From: a bacterium
Lineage (GTDB): Bacteria; Actinomycetota; Acidimicrobiia; Spongiisociales; ZC4RG35
NCBI GenBank assembly: GCA_024638655.1
Contig: JAHEJW010000001.1
Coordinates: 18,043 to 82,042 of the forward strand
Direction: 5' to 3'
Length of the DNA: 64,000 nucleotides
A program made the position numbers and the translations under genes. Positions 20,333-29,654 of this stretch are shown here, one piece after another. Position 1 is the first letter of the stretch, and the number at the start of each line of letters is the position of its first letter. Under the pieces are notes generated by a model, which saw only the letters and a program-made list of their open reading frames with translations, was not told the origin of the DNA and did not search any database.

Positions 20333-22270
20333 TCACTCCTCTTCACCGCCAGCCATTGGATCTTCGGGCTCCCGACCGTGCTTCAGGATCAGCGTCGCCA
20401 GGGGAGGCAGGGTCAAGTCCACCGAGTGGGGCCGACCCTGGTGAGGCACCGCGAGGGGACCGGTTCCCACACCACCCAGGTTTCCCTGTCCAGAGCCGCC
20501 GTAGGTCTCGGAGTCGGTGTTCAGGATCTCGACCCACTCACCCTGCTCTGGCACACCTATCCGATAAAGCTGTCTCGGGACCGGTGTCAGGTTGTGCACC
20601 ACGAGGATTCGGTCCCCGTCCGAAGCCATCCTGAAGTAAGCCAGAACACTGTTGGGCGAGTCGTTGGGCACAGCCCACTCGAACCCGGCCGGGTCGCAGT
20701 CCAACTCATGCAAGGCAGGTTCCGATCGATACAGATGGTTGAGGTCGCCGATCAGCCGGGCTATCTCCCGATGGGATTCGTGCTCTAGCAGACTCCAGTC
20801 GAGTTGGCCCTCGTGAGCCCACTCGGATCGCTGGGCGATCTCCATCCCCATGAACACCAGCTTCTTGCCAGGCTGGCCGAACATATAGGAGAGCAGCAAT
20901 CGGAGATTGGCGAACTTCTGCCAATCGTCTCCCGGCATCTTCTCAAGCAGAGACCTCTTGCCGTAGACGACCTCGTCGTGGGAGAGCGACATGATGAAGT
21001 TCTCCGTGAACGAGTAGACGGCCCGGAAGGTGAGCTCATGGTGGTGGTAGCTCCGGTGGATCGCCTCATGCTGGAAGTACTCGAGCGTGTCGTGCATCCA
21101 GCCCATGTCCCACTTCAGCCCGAACCCGAGACCGCCGAGGAATGTCGGGCGAGACACCATGGGCCAGGCGGTCGATTCCTCTGCATAGGTCTGTACGTCG
21201 GGATGGTTGAGGTAGACGATCTCGTTGAGGCGTCGGAGGAATGTGATCGCCTCGAGGTTCTCCCGACCCCCGTGCACGTTGGGGACCCACTCTCCCTCGC
21301 TCCGGGAGTAGTCGAGATAGAGCATGGACGCCACCGCGTCGACGCGCAACCCGTCGATGTGGTACTTGTCCAGCCAGAACAGGGCCGAGCTTATGAGAAA
21401 GGCCGGCACCTCTCGTCGGCCATAGTTGTAGACATATGTCTTCCAGTCCGGGTGGAACCCTTGCCTCGGGTCGGCATGCTCGAAGAGATGAGTGCCGTCG
21501 AAGAAACCGAGACCGTGCTCATCGTTGGGGAAGTGAGAGGGGACCCAGTCCAGGATGACTCCCACGCCAGCCTGATGAAGCGTGTCGACCAGGGTCATGA
21601 AATCCTGAGGCGTCCCGTACCTGGAGGTGGGGGCGAAGTAGCCGGTCGTCTGATATCCCCATGAGCCGTAGAAGGGGTGTTCCATGACCGGGAGCAGCTC
21701 CACGTGGGTGAAACCGTGAGCGGTCACGTGTTCAGTGAGATCGCGAGCCATCTCGGCGTACGTCAGGTGACGCCGGCCGTCCTCTCCCCTCCTCCACGAC
21801 CCGAGATGGACCTCATAGACGCTCACCGGGGCTCGAAGGGAGTTTCGATCCGCCCGTTCGCTCATCCAATGCTCGTCTCCCCACTCGTAGTCGAGGTCCC
21901 AGATCTTCGATGCAGTGCGGGGCGGGGTTTCGTGGTGGAAGCCGTAGGGATCGGCCTTGTCGACGACGTAGCCACCGTTGACTATGCGGTATTTGTAGGC
22001 GTCTGCCTTACCTGCCTGGGGTATGAATCCCTCCCAAATCCCCGATGAGCCACGTGGGCTGAGCGGATTCGTCGCCGGGTCCCATCCGTTCCAATCTCCG
22101 AGCACTGACACGCGGTCCGCCGCGGGCGCCCACACGGCGAAGTGTGTCCCGGACTCACCAACATGAGCGCCTAGCTTCTCGTAGAGCCGGTGGTGAGTCC
22201 CCTCGTTCCAGAGGTAGATGTCCTCTTCGGTAAGCAAGCTCTTCTGATTGGTCTGCTCTGCTCTGGTCAT
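20333..22270 (-). CDS. glgB: 1,4-alpha-glucan branching enzyme (short form without the N-terminal CBM48-N1 domain)
   Basis: GH13_9 motifs ([52 protein letters not shown]). 645 aa. Confidence 0.9.
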   Translation of the reverse strand: MTRAEQTNQKSLLTEEDIYLWNEGTHHRLYEKLGAHVGESGTHFAVWAPAADRVSVLGDWNGWDPATNPLSPRGSSGIWEGFIPQAGKADAYKYRIVNGGYVVDKADPYGFHHETPPRTASKIWDLDYEWGDEHWMSERADRNSLRAPVSVYEVHLGSWRRGEDGRRHLTYAEMARDLTEHVTAHGFTHVELLPVMEHPFYGSWGYQTTGYFAPTSRYGTPQDFMTLVDTLHQAGVGVILDWVPSHFPNDEHGLGFFDGTHLFEHADPRQGFHPDWKTYVYNYGRREVPAFLISSALFWLDKYHIDGLRVDAVASMLYLDYSRSEGEWVPNVHGGRENLEAITFLRRLNEIVYLNHPDVQTYAEESTAWPMVSRPTFLGGLGFGLKWDMGWMHDTLEYFQHEAIHRSYHHHELTFRAVYSFTENFIMSLSHDEVVYGKRSLLEKMPGDDWQKFANLRLLLSYMFGQPGKKLVFMGMEIAQRSEWAHEGQLDWSLLEHESHREIARLIGDLNHLYRSEPALHELDCDPAGFEWAVPNDSPNSVLAYFRMASDGDRILVVHNLTPVPRQLYRIGVPEQGEWVEILNTDSETYGGSGQGNLGGVGTGPLAVPHQGRPHSVDLTLPPLATLILKHGREPEDPMAGGEEE

Positions 22271-22340
22271 GGGTGGTGGGCAACCGAGGCTAACCGGGAG
22301 TCGCGACAGCCCTCCGGCTGCCCGACCTCTGCTCCAGCCT

Positions 22341-22847
22341 TCAGGCCTCTCGAAGACGCCTCAGCCAGCTTTGCGCGGTGTCGAAGAACGGCTCGCTACG
22401 TGCCTGGAGTGCGACAACGATGCGCTCTGTCTCTTCCCTTGCTCCCTTGATCATCTCGGGTGAGTAGGCGTACTGGATCTGGTGGAGCTCGAACTCGTCT
22501 TCATCTTCTACTTCGATGGTGCCGTCCTGATGGACGACGACGTCGAGGTCTAGGTCGATCATCTCATAGCGGTTTGCAGACACCCACACCGGCGGGGTGA
22601 CGATATCGACGAAATGGGAGAACCTGGTGGTATGCCCGTTGTAGTGCAGATGCCACCAACCGTCGTGAGGAGAACAGAACACCGCGTCTTCGGCAGAAGG
22701 CCTGACGTGCGACTCACCCTTCCAGCGCTCTGTTCCGGCCGGTACGGCAAGCCAGGTGCCGTAGTCGTCCTCGCCGAGGAAGTTCGCGGCGAACCCCCAA
22801 TGAAGCAGGTCGGGGTTTTTCAGGAACTGAACGGTGACCGGCCGCAT
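22341..22847 (-). CDS. DUF402-like hypothetical protein
   Basis: 168 aa soluble protein. [25 protein letters not shown] resembles DUF402 (FomD-like) proteins. Weak assignment. Confidence 0.45.
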   Translation of the reverse strand: MRPVTVQFLKNPDLLHWGFAANFLGEDDYGTWLAVPAGTERWKGESHVRPSAEDAVFCSPHDGWWHLHYNGHTTRFSHFVDIVTPPVWVSANRYEMIDLDLDVVVHQDGTIEVEDEDEFELHQIQYAYSPEMIKGAREETERIVVALQARSEPFFDTAQSWLRRLREA

Positions 22848-22883
22848 GTCGGGAGCCTATTAGATGCGAGTCCAATTAATTTG

Positions 22884-22899
22884 CACTACCGCGGTAGTG
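22884..22899. promoter_or_regulatory. perfect 16-bp palindrome CACTACCGCGGTAGTG in an AT-rich promoter region upstream of the ABC-transporter operon
   Basis: Read directly from the sequence. It lies about 50 nt upstream of the substrate-binding protein start at 22948, inside an unusually AT-rich stretch for this genome. Candidate operator for a dimeric repressor. Confidence 0.3.
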
Positions 22900-22947
22900 G
22901 TAATACCTTGACGTTTCGTTAGCTACCGAACGATTCGGGAGAAACCA

Positions 22948-23934
22948 ATGCCGAGACGTCTCATCCCACTCGTCGCGCTGGCCGCCCTGCTGGTCACGGC
23001 ATGCGGTGGCGACGAAGCCAAAGGGCCGCTGACTGTGTACTCCGGGCGCTCCGAGGAGCTGGTCCAACCGCTGATCGACGATTTCATGGAAGCGACCGGA
23101 ATCGAGGTGGAGGTGAGATACGCCGGCTCTACCGATCTCGCAGCCACCTTGCTTCAAGAGGGCGATGCGACCGACGCCGACGTCTTCTTTGCCCAGGACC
23201 CGGCGTCACTCGGTTCGGTCGCCGCGATGCTCGCCACTTTGCCGGAAGAGATTCTCGACCGGGTCGATTCGCGATTTGCCGACAGCGAAGGGCGTTGGGT
23301 GGGCACATCGGGCAGGGTGCGCACGTTCATCTACAACACCTCCGGGACGATCGCCCTCCCGGAGAGCGTCGATGACGTGACCGATCCCAGGTGGGCCGGT
23401 CAACTGGGCGTCGCTCCGACCAATGGCTCGTTCCTCGCCTTCGTGGCCGCGATGATCCTCGAACGCGGAGAGGATGCCACGGCCGAGTGGCTGGCGGACT
23501 TGGCGGCAGTCGAGCCACAAGACTTCCCCGGGAACAGCCCCATCGTCGCCGGGACCGACTCTGGCGAAGTCCAGGGTGGGCTGGTCAACCACTACTACCT
23601 GTTCCGCCTCAGGTCGGAGGGAGGTGGGAACAACGCTGAGAACTGGTTCTTCCCGGCCGGAGGTGTGGGAAACTTGGTCATGCCTGCCGGAGCGGGGATC
23701 ATCGATGGCACCGACATGACCGAGTCTGCCCAACGGTTCGTCGATTTTCTCCTGTCAACAGAAGCCCAGAGATACTTCGCCGACGAGACCTTCGAGTATC
23801 CCCTCATTGAAGGCGTGGAGCCTGTCGCCGGGCTCCCGGCACTCACCGACATCGACGCTCCAGCCATCGACCTATCCGCCCTGGCCGGGTTGCTCGACGA
23901 CGCTACGAGGCTGGTTACGGAAGCAGGTCTCTAG
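22948..23934 (+). CDS. ABC transporter substrate-binding lipoprotein, Fe(3+)/thiamine (FbpA/AfuA) family
   Basis: Lipobox LVTACGG, periplasmic-binding-protein fold motifs (TVYSGR, VFFAQD) and the following permease/ATPase genes. Confidence 0.8.
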   Translation: MPRRLIPLVALAALLVTACGGDEAKGPLTVYSGRSEELVQPLIDDFMEATGIEVEVRYAGSTDLAATLLQEGDATDADVFFAQDPASLGSVAAMLATLPEEILDRVDSRFADSEGRWVGTSGRVRTFIYNTSGTIALPESVDDVTDPRWAGQLGVAPTNGSFLAFVAAMILERGEDATAEWLADLAAVEPQDFPGNSPIVAGTDSGEVQGGLVNHYYLFRLRSEGGGNNAENWFFPAGGVGNLVMPAGAGIIDGTDMTESAQRFVDFLLSTEAQRYFADETFEYPLIEGVEPVAGLPALTDIDAPAIDLSALAGLLDDATRLVTEAGL

Positions 23935-23973
23935 GACCTGCCATGACCCGCACAACCTCAGGTCAGTAGTCGC

Positions 23974-25569
23974 ATGACGGCCGGGCCGGTCACCATCCCC
24001 CGCGAGAGCCCGGCCAAATCGCCACGAAGGCGCGGCGCGAGCCGAGGCTGGTGGGCGGCGGCCGCCGTCGTCCTGCTGCCCACTCTGATTCCGCCGTTGA
24101 GCCTGCTCTGGCAGTTGATCACCAATGGCCCAGGCGCCCTCCCTCCCACCCTGCGATTGCTCGAGCTTTTCGCCGGGACTCTCGGGCTGACAATCGCCGT
24201 AACCGCTACGGCGCTGGCCTTGGGAACGGCCACGGCCTGGCTAACCAGCAGAACCGACCTCCCCGCGCGACGCTGGTGGCTGATCATCGCCGCGCTACCG
24301 CTGGTCATCCCCTCCTATATGGCGGCCTTGACCATCATCGGGGCAACCGGCCCATCTGGACTCCTCTCGAATTGGCTGGGCTTCGTGATCCCCACCCCAT
24401 TCGGATTCGTCGGCGCCTGGGTCGCCCTCTCGGTCTTCCTCGCCCCTCTGGCCCACCTCATCATCACGCCGGCGTTGAGGCTCATCGACCCCGCAACCGA
24501 GGAGGCGGCGACTGGGTTGGGGGCGGGCAAGCTCCGCGTCTTCTTCACCGTCACCCTTCCGCTCCTGAGGCCGGCGCTCGTCTCGGCCGGCCTGATGGCG
24601 GGTCTTTACACGATCAGCGACTTCGGCGCAGTTTCCCTGCTCCGGTTCGACACCTTCACCCGGGCAATATTCACCCTGTACGCGGGTCAGTTGGACCGGC
24701 GGCCGGCAGCGACTCTGTCATTGATGCTCATGGCTCTTGCGCTTCTGATCCTGTTCGTGGAACGAAGGACCCGCAGCCGGGCCGACTATCACCTGACCTC
24801 GACCGGGAGACAGCGCAGACCTCAACACATCGATGGCTGGGCGAGACTCGGGTCGTTCGTCTTCCTGGGCAGCTACGCCCTGGTGTCGCTGGCCTTGCCC
24901 GTAGCGGTGCTCGTCTTCTGGCTGACACGAGGATTGGGCGCCGGCGCGGAGCTCGGGACCTTCTGGGCCGAGACAGGTCGCTCCGTTGCCGTTTCGGTGG
25001 GTGCGGCCCTGGCATCTGCGGTTGCGGCTATTCCCATAGCCATGATCACCACATGGAGACGAGGTCGCTTCTCCGATGCTGCCTCAGGCTCGGTTTGGGC
25101 CATCTACGCGCTTCCCCACATAACCGTCGGCGTGGCCGTGATCGGATTCGCCCTGGAATGGGCCCAGCCGCTGTACCAGGGCCTGGCGCTGCTCCTTCTC
25201 ACGTATGTCGCCATGTTCTTGGCCCAGTCGGTGTCCACCACACAGGACTCCCTGCGCCGCGCCAGCCCTGAATTGGAGGAGGCATCGCGCGGTCTGGGGC
25301 GAGGCCCGCTGTCAACACTGGGCCGGATCACCATCCCGCTGGTGGCACCGGGGATGGCGGCAGGCGCCGCCCTCGTCTTCCTATCTGTGATGAAAGAGCT
25401 CCCCGCGACCCTCTTGCTGCGGCCCACCGGCTTCGAGACCCTTGCAATACGCATCTGGAGCGCGACAGGCGAAGGTTTCTTTGCGCGAGCCAGTGTCGCC
25501 AGCCTTGCCCTCTTGGGCGTGTCGATCGTGCCACTCTTGGCCCTGACATACCGTGACCTCCGCAACTGA
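23974..25569 (+). CDS. ABC transporter permease with duplicated transmembrane domains (FbpB-like)
   Basis: 531 aa with two permease halves, each carrying an EAA-like loop, between the binding-protein and ATPase genes. Confidence 0.85.
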   Translation: MTAGPVTIPRESPAKSPRRRGASRGWWAAAAVVLLPTLIPPLSLLWQLITNGPGALPPTLRLLELFAGTLGLTIAVTATALALGTATAWLTSRTDLPARRWWLIIAALPLVIPSYMAALTIIGATGPSGLLSNWLGFVIPTPFGFVGAWVALSVFLAPLAHLIITPALRLIDPATEEAATGLGAGKLRVFFTVTLPLLRPALVSAGLMAGLYTISDFGAVSLLRFDTFTRAIFTLYAGQLDRRPAATLSLMLMALALLILFVERRTRSRADYHLTSTGRQRRPQHIDGWARLGSFVFLGSYALVSLALPVAVLVFWLTRGLGAGAELGTFWAETGRSVAVSVGAALASAVAAIPIAMITTWRRGRFSDAASGSVWAIYALPHITVGVAVIGFALEWAQPLYQGLALLLLTYVAMFLAQSVSTTQDSLRRASPELEEASRGLGRGPLSTLGRITIPLVAPGMAAGAALVFLSVMKELPATLLLRPTGFETLAIRIWSATGEGFFARASVASLALLGVSIVPLLALTYRDLRN

Positions 25570-26578
25570 ATCCCTGACCATTCGTGCCCGAGGCCTGACC
25601 AAGGCCTACGGAGATGTCCTTGCGCTCGACCAGTTCAGCTTGGATGTCTGGGAGGGGTCGCTGCTCACCCTTCTCGGTCCTTCCGGGTGTGGCAAGACCA
25701 CTGCTTTGAGAGTCATCGCCGGTTTCGAACAGGCCACCGGCACCGTTGACATCAGGGGACGGCGCGTGCTCGGGCCAGACGTATTCGTGCCACCCGAAAA
25801 GCGTCGCGTTGGCATGGTCTTCCAGGACTATGCACTCTTCCCCCACATGACCATCGAAAGGAATGTCGCCTACGGGGTCAAAGGCGACGACACGCCGAGG
25901 CGAACCGGCGAGGTTCTGGAATTGGTGGGTCTGTCAAGGCTGGGAAATCGACTGCCCCGCGAGCTCTCCGGAGGACAACAGCAACGGGTCGCCCTGGCCA
26001 GAGCGCTGGCCCCCCGCCCGGATGTCATCCTCCTCGATGAGCCTTTCTCCAATCTCGATGCCAACCTGCGTGATCGCGTCCGGAGGGAGCTCAAGTTGAT
26101 CCTCGCCGAGGCACGCACGACCGCCGTCCTGGTGACACACGACCAGGAGGAGGCGTTGGCCACCTCGGATCTGGTGGCGGTGATGTATCAGGGGCGGGTC
26201 GTCCAGGTCGACACTCCGGCCCGGCTCTACACCGAGCCGGCGGATCCATGGATTGCCGGATTCCTCGGTGACGCCGACGCCGTGTCCTCGACCGGCCATC
26301 GCGGTTACGCCGACACACCGATTGGCCGCTTCAAGACCGACCTCAAGGGCCCGGTCACCGTGGTGGTGAGACCCGAGGATGTTCAGCTCTCAATGGGGGA
26401 GGCGCCCAACGCCGTGGTGGCAGGAACGGAGTTCTTTGGTCACGACCAGATGGTGACGGTCGTGTTGGGCAGCGGGCAGCGGGTCCGTTCACGGATCGGG
26501 CCCCGCCCGGCGTACCACCCTGGCGATCACGTTCGGGTGCGCGCCACCCATGGCAGGGTGTTCAAGACCAGGACCTAG
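25553..26578 (+). CDS. ABC transporter ATP-binding protein (FbpC-like)
   Basis: Walker A LLGPSGCGKTT, signature LSGGQQQRVALARAL, Walker B LLDEPFSNLD and a C-terminal TOBE-like domain. Confidence 0.85.
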   Translation: MTSATESLTIRARGLTKAYGDVLALDQFSLDVWEGSLLTLLGPSGCGKTTALRVIAGFEQATGTVDIRGRRVLGPDVFVPPEKRRVGMVFQDYALFPHMTIERNVAYGVKGDDTPRRTGEVLELVGLSRLGNRLPRELSGGQQQRVALARALAPRPDVILLDEPFSNLDANLRDRVRRELKLILAEARTTAVLVTHDQEEALATSDLVAVMYQGRVVQVDTPARLYTEPADPWIAGFLGDADAVSSTGHRGYADTPIGRFKTDLKGPVTVVVRPEDVQLSMGEAPNAVVAGTEFFGHDQMVTVVLGSGQRVRSRIGPRPAYHPGDHVRVRATHGRVFKTRT

Positions 26579-26611
26579 GCACATGGCCGGCCGGCTTTGG
26601 TCGGCCTCCGC

Positions 26612-26899
26612 TCATGCTGTTTTCGTTTTGACGGCTCTCACGGCGAGCACGGCCAGCCCAAGAAAGCCGAGGGCGAGGGTCGTATGAATCAATTTGAAGG
26701 GCAGTGAGCCATCACCCAGCCAGTTGACCAGCAGACTCCTAGCCCAAAGGGCGACAGTCCACACCACGAACGACCCGATCACGACATGCGCCCAGGACCG
26801 GTCTCTACCCCAGATGAGTGCGATCGCGGTCAGCAACCCGACGGCGGCCGAGCCTCCGATGCGCACCCAGGCCCAAGGCGAATCCCCTTCGGCAAGCAA
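26612..26899 (-). CDS. small hypothetical membrane protein
   Basis: 95 aa with three predicted TM helices and no recognisable motif. A GTG at 26914 could extend it by 5 codons. Confidence 0.35.
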   Translation of the reverse strand: MLAEGDSPWAWVRIGGSAAVGLLTAIALIWGRDRSWAHVVIGSFVVWTVALWARSLLVNWLGDGSLPFKLIHTTLALGFLGLAVLAVRAVKTKTA

Positions 26900-26993
26900 G
26901 CCGATTCGCCCGCCCCAGGCAATCGCCGTCCACAGGATGATGGCAATGGCGAGGGCGGAGCGGCTCAGTCCGGTCCTCTCGAGAAAGATGGCA

Positions 26994-27998
26994 TCAGCCT
27001 CCGATGTATGACATCTCCACCGGAGTGCCGATTCTCGGTGTGTGAGCCGACCTGACTTCGGAGTAGCGGTCGTCGCGCTTGCCCCAGACCTCGTCTATCG
27101 CACGCCCGACCTCGTCACCCGACCTGATGGCGTCTCGCAGGCTGGTGCCGGACGTGGCGAACAAACAAGTGAACAACATGCCCTCAGCGGACACTCTCGC
27201 ACGTGTGCAGGAGCCACAGAATGGCTTGGTCACCGATGCGATGATGCCAACTTCGCCCGACCCATCCCTGTAACGGAACCGATTGGCGACTTCACCCGGG
27301 TAATTGGGTGAGAGGGCTTCCACAGGGTGAATCTGGTCGATCATCTTGATCATCTCGTCTGCGGGCACGACGTCGTCGAGCCGCCAGCCATTGGTGTTGC
27401 CCACATCCATGTACTCGATGAAACGCACGATGTGACCGCTGCCCTTGAAGTGACTCGCCATATCGACCACTGCGTGCTCGTTCACCCCCCTCTTGATGAC
27501 GGCATTCACCTTCACCGGGCCCAACCCTGCTTCGGCGGCCACGTCTATCGCCTCGAGGACGGTCCCGACAGGAAAGCCGACATCGTTCATCGCCTGAAAA
27601 GTGGGATCGTCCATCGCATCGAGGCTCACGGTCACCCGATCGAGACCGGCTGCGGCGAGCGCCGGGGCTTTCCTGGCAAGCAGAGATGCGTTGGTGGTCA
27701 TCGTCAAGTCATCCACGCCGTCGATGGCCGACAGCATCGCCACCAGCTCTTCGATCCCCTTGCGAAGCAACGGCTCGCCACCGGTGATACGTACCTTGTT
27801 GACGCCTCTCGCCACGAATGCCCCCGTGACCGAAGCGATCTCCTCGAAGGTGAGCAGTTGGTCCCTCGGCAGGAAGTCGTGGCCAGGGCCAAAGACCTCT
27901 TTCGGCATGCAATAGGTACATCGAAAGTTGCACCGGTCTGTCACCGAGACCCTCAGGTCGCGGATCGGCCGGTCGAAGAGGTCGGTCACCCCATTCAT
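26994..27998 (-). CDS. moaA: GTP 3',8-cyclase (molybdenum cofactor biosynthesis protein A)
   Basis: Radical-SAM CNFRCTYC motif near the N-terminus plus the C-terminal second-cluster cysteines (CGSCTRARVSAEG). 334 aa. Confidence 0.9.
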   Translation of the reverse strand: MNGVTDLFDRPIRDLRVSVTDRCNFRCTYCMPKEVFGPGHDFLPRDQLLTFEEIASVTGAFVARGVNKVRITGGEPLLRKGIEELVAMLSAIDGVDDLTMTTNASLLARKAPALAAAGLDRVTVSLDAMDDPTFQAMNDVGFPVGTVLEAIDVAAEAGLGPVKVNAVIKRGVNEHAVVDMASHFKGSGHIVRFIEYMDVGNTNGWRLDDVVPADEMIKMIDQIHPVEALSPNYPGEVANRFRYRDGSGEVGIIASVTKPFCGSCTRARVSAEGMLFTCLFATSGTSLRDAIRSGDEVGRAIDEVWGKRDDRYSEVRSAHTPRIGTPVEMSYIGG

Positions 27999-28071
27999 CA
28001 GCCATCTACGTTAAGCCGGAACACCATCAAGCGATTGGGTGTTGCCGTCTTGGCAGGAGAGAATGAGGTCA

Positions 28072-28446
28072 ATGGGAATCTTCAAACGCCGCTACAAGGC
28101 TCAACAGATCACGTCCAACCAGCAATTCGAGACGCTGTTGGCCGATGGGAAACCGATGTTGGTGGACTTCTACAAGCACGGGTGCCAGCCGTGCCAGGTC
28201 ATGGACGGGATCGTCAACGAAGTAGCCGAAGAGTTCCACGAGAGGGCAAATGTGGTCAAAGCGAACCTCGAGAGCGTTCCCGACCTTTTCGGCAAGTTCA
28301 AGATCCGGTCTACCCCTACCTTCGTGCTCGTCGCACCGCAAGGCAGTGGCATTCACCAGCGATGGCGTCAATCGGGCCTGGTGAAGAAGGATGTGATCGT
28401 GGGGAATCTGGAGCGGGCCGTTGACGGCGAGCCACGCCAGCAATGA
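28072..28446 (+). CDS. thioredoxin-family protein
   Basis: WCQPC-type active site (HGCQPCQ) in a thioredoxin-fold-sized protein. Start at ATG 28072 (MGIFKRRYK) or ATG 28063 (the track ORF begins at a GTG at 28039). Confidence 0.6.
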   Translation: MGIFKRRYKAQQITSNQQFETLLADGKPMLVDFYKHGCQPCQVMDGIVNEVAEEFHERANVVKANLESVPDLFGKFKIRSTPTFVLVAPQGSGIHQRWRQSGLVKKDVIVGNLERAVDGEPRQQ

Positions 28447-28457
28447 ACCCGATCTGA

Positions 28458-29612
28458 TCAGTCGGTTGTCGAAACGACGCTCCAGGCTCTGAACCAGGCG
28501 CCAAGGCCGACAGGCAGAACAAGGACCGGCACGAGCCATCCGACCAGCGGGATGAGCCAGAGGATCCCGATCAACACCGAGCCGACAAGTACGGCTCCGT
28601 GAGTCGAGAAACGCGGTGAGACCTTCGATCCCAGCCAACCCACCGCCGGTATCCCCGCCACCAAGCCAACGACTCCCGCGGCTCCCAACGCAGCGAGAAC
28701 GAGGGGGACCAGCACCGCGAGGAGTGGAAAGCTCGCGGCCGGCGGGGCCAGAGCGAGGATGAGCACGGCCAGGCCGACCAGGAACAGGGGTGAGAAGATC
28801 ACCAAAGCCCCCCTCACCCAGCTCCTGGCCGGTGCAGACCTGACAGCCTCTATCGCGGACCGGGTCATCTCCGGCCATCCCCAACTCACCGTCAAGGCGG
28901 TGATGGCCAGGAAGAGGATCATCAAGAAGCGTAGGAATAGGACCAGAGCCCGTATTCGGATATTGGGCGGCAGGGGGGTCTTGTCGACGATCACACCCTC
29001 GACCTCTGCCAGATCGAGCCCCTCGCCCTCATCATCCGATCGGAATCCGAGGTCACCACCGACCTCCAACCGCTCGACTACACGCAGCCGTCCCACGGAC
29101 ACGTCGATGTCGCCCGAGCTCGACCCGGCCAAGTCGAGAGACCTCATGGTCCCGCTCAGAGACCCGACCGAGCCAAGTGATCGCATGGTCCAAGCCCAGG
29201 CGAGAACCTCGCCACTGACGAGAGAGTCTTGGAGAAGGTCGACGTCTGCGGCCGCCACGACGACATCCCCTTCTACTCGCCCCGATACCGAGACGTCGGG
29301 AGAGACTGCCCTCAGAGATCCCTCCACCACCCCTTCGACTCGGACCCGTGGCGACACTGCCATCACCGAACCTCCCACTGAGCCTTCGATGACGACCTCG
29401 TCGGAGCTGAAGGCGATGAGGTCGCCTTCGATCCGGCCTCGCACGACCACGCGGATAGCCCCTGCGTAGAGATCGTCTGCGACGACGTCGCCCTCGCGGA
29501 TGATGACGATCTGCGAGTTGGCGGTCTCCGCAGCAGAGGCCGGCGTGACCAATGCAACTGCAACAATCGCCCCGAGGAACAGTTTGAGCGCGGAGCGGCG
29601 AAGAGTGCTCAT
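28458..29612 (-). CDS. secreted/membrane protein with bactofilin-like beta-helical repeats and a C-terminal polytopic membrane domain
   Basis: Signal peptide, then a ~200-aa degenerate V-x-G-x-V/E repeat region typical of polymer-forming cytoskeletal (bactofilin / DUF4097-like) beta-helices, then ~5 TM helices. Confidence 0.45.
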   Translation of the reverse strand: MSTLRRSALKLFLGAIVAVALVTPASAAETANSQIVIIREGDVVADDLYAGAIRVVVRGRIEGDLIAFSSDEVVIEGSVGGSVMAVSPRVRVEGVVEGSLRAVSPDVSVSGRVEGDVVVAAADVDLLQDSLVSGEVLAWAWTMRSLGSVGSLSGTMRSLDLAGSSSGDIDVSVGRLRVVERLEVGGDLGFRSDDEGEGLDLAEVEGVIVDKTPLPPNIRIRALVLFLRFLMILFLAITALTVSWGWPEMTRSAIEAVRSAPARSWVRGALVIFSPLFLVGLAVLILALAPPAASFPLLAVLVPLVLAALGAAGVVGLVAGIPAVGWLGSKVSPRFSTHGAVLVGSVLIGILWLIPLVGWLVPVLVLPVGLGAWFRAWSVVSTTD

Positions 29613-29654
29613 CAGCGCGGCTGATTCTGGCCGAAGAAAGGGATCGCCCTAGGG

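Noticed and set aside
22848-22947. TPP or other riboswitch upstream of the FbpA/thiamine-type binding protein
   Set aside because: I could not recognise the conserved TPP-riboswitch elements (the CUGAGA motif and the pyrimidine-sensing helix) in this short AT-rich leader. The palindrome is better explained as a protein operator.
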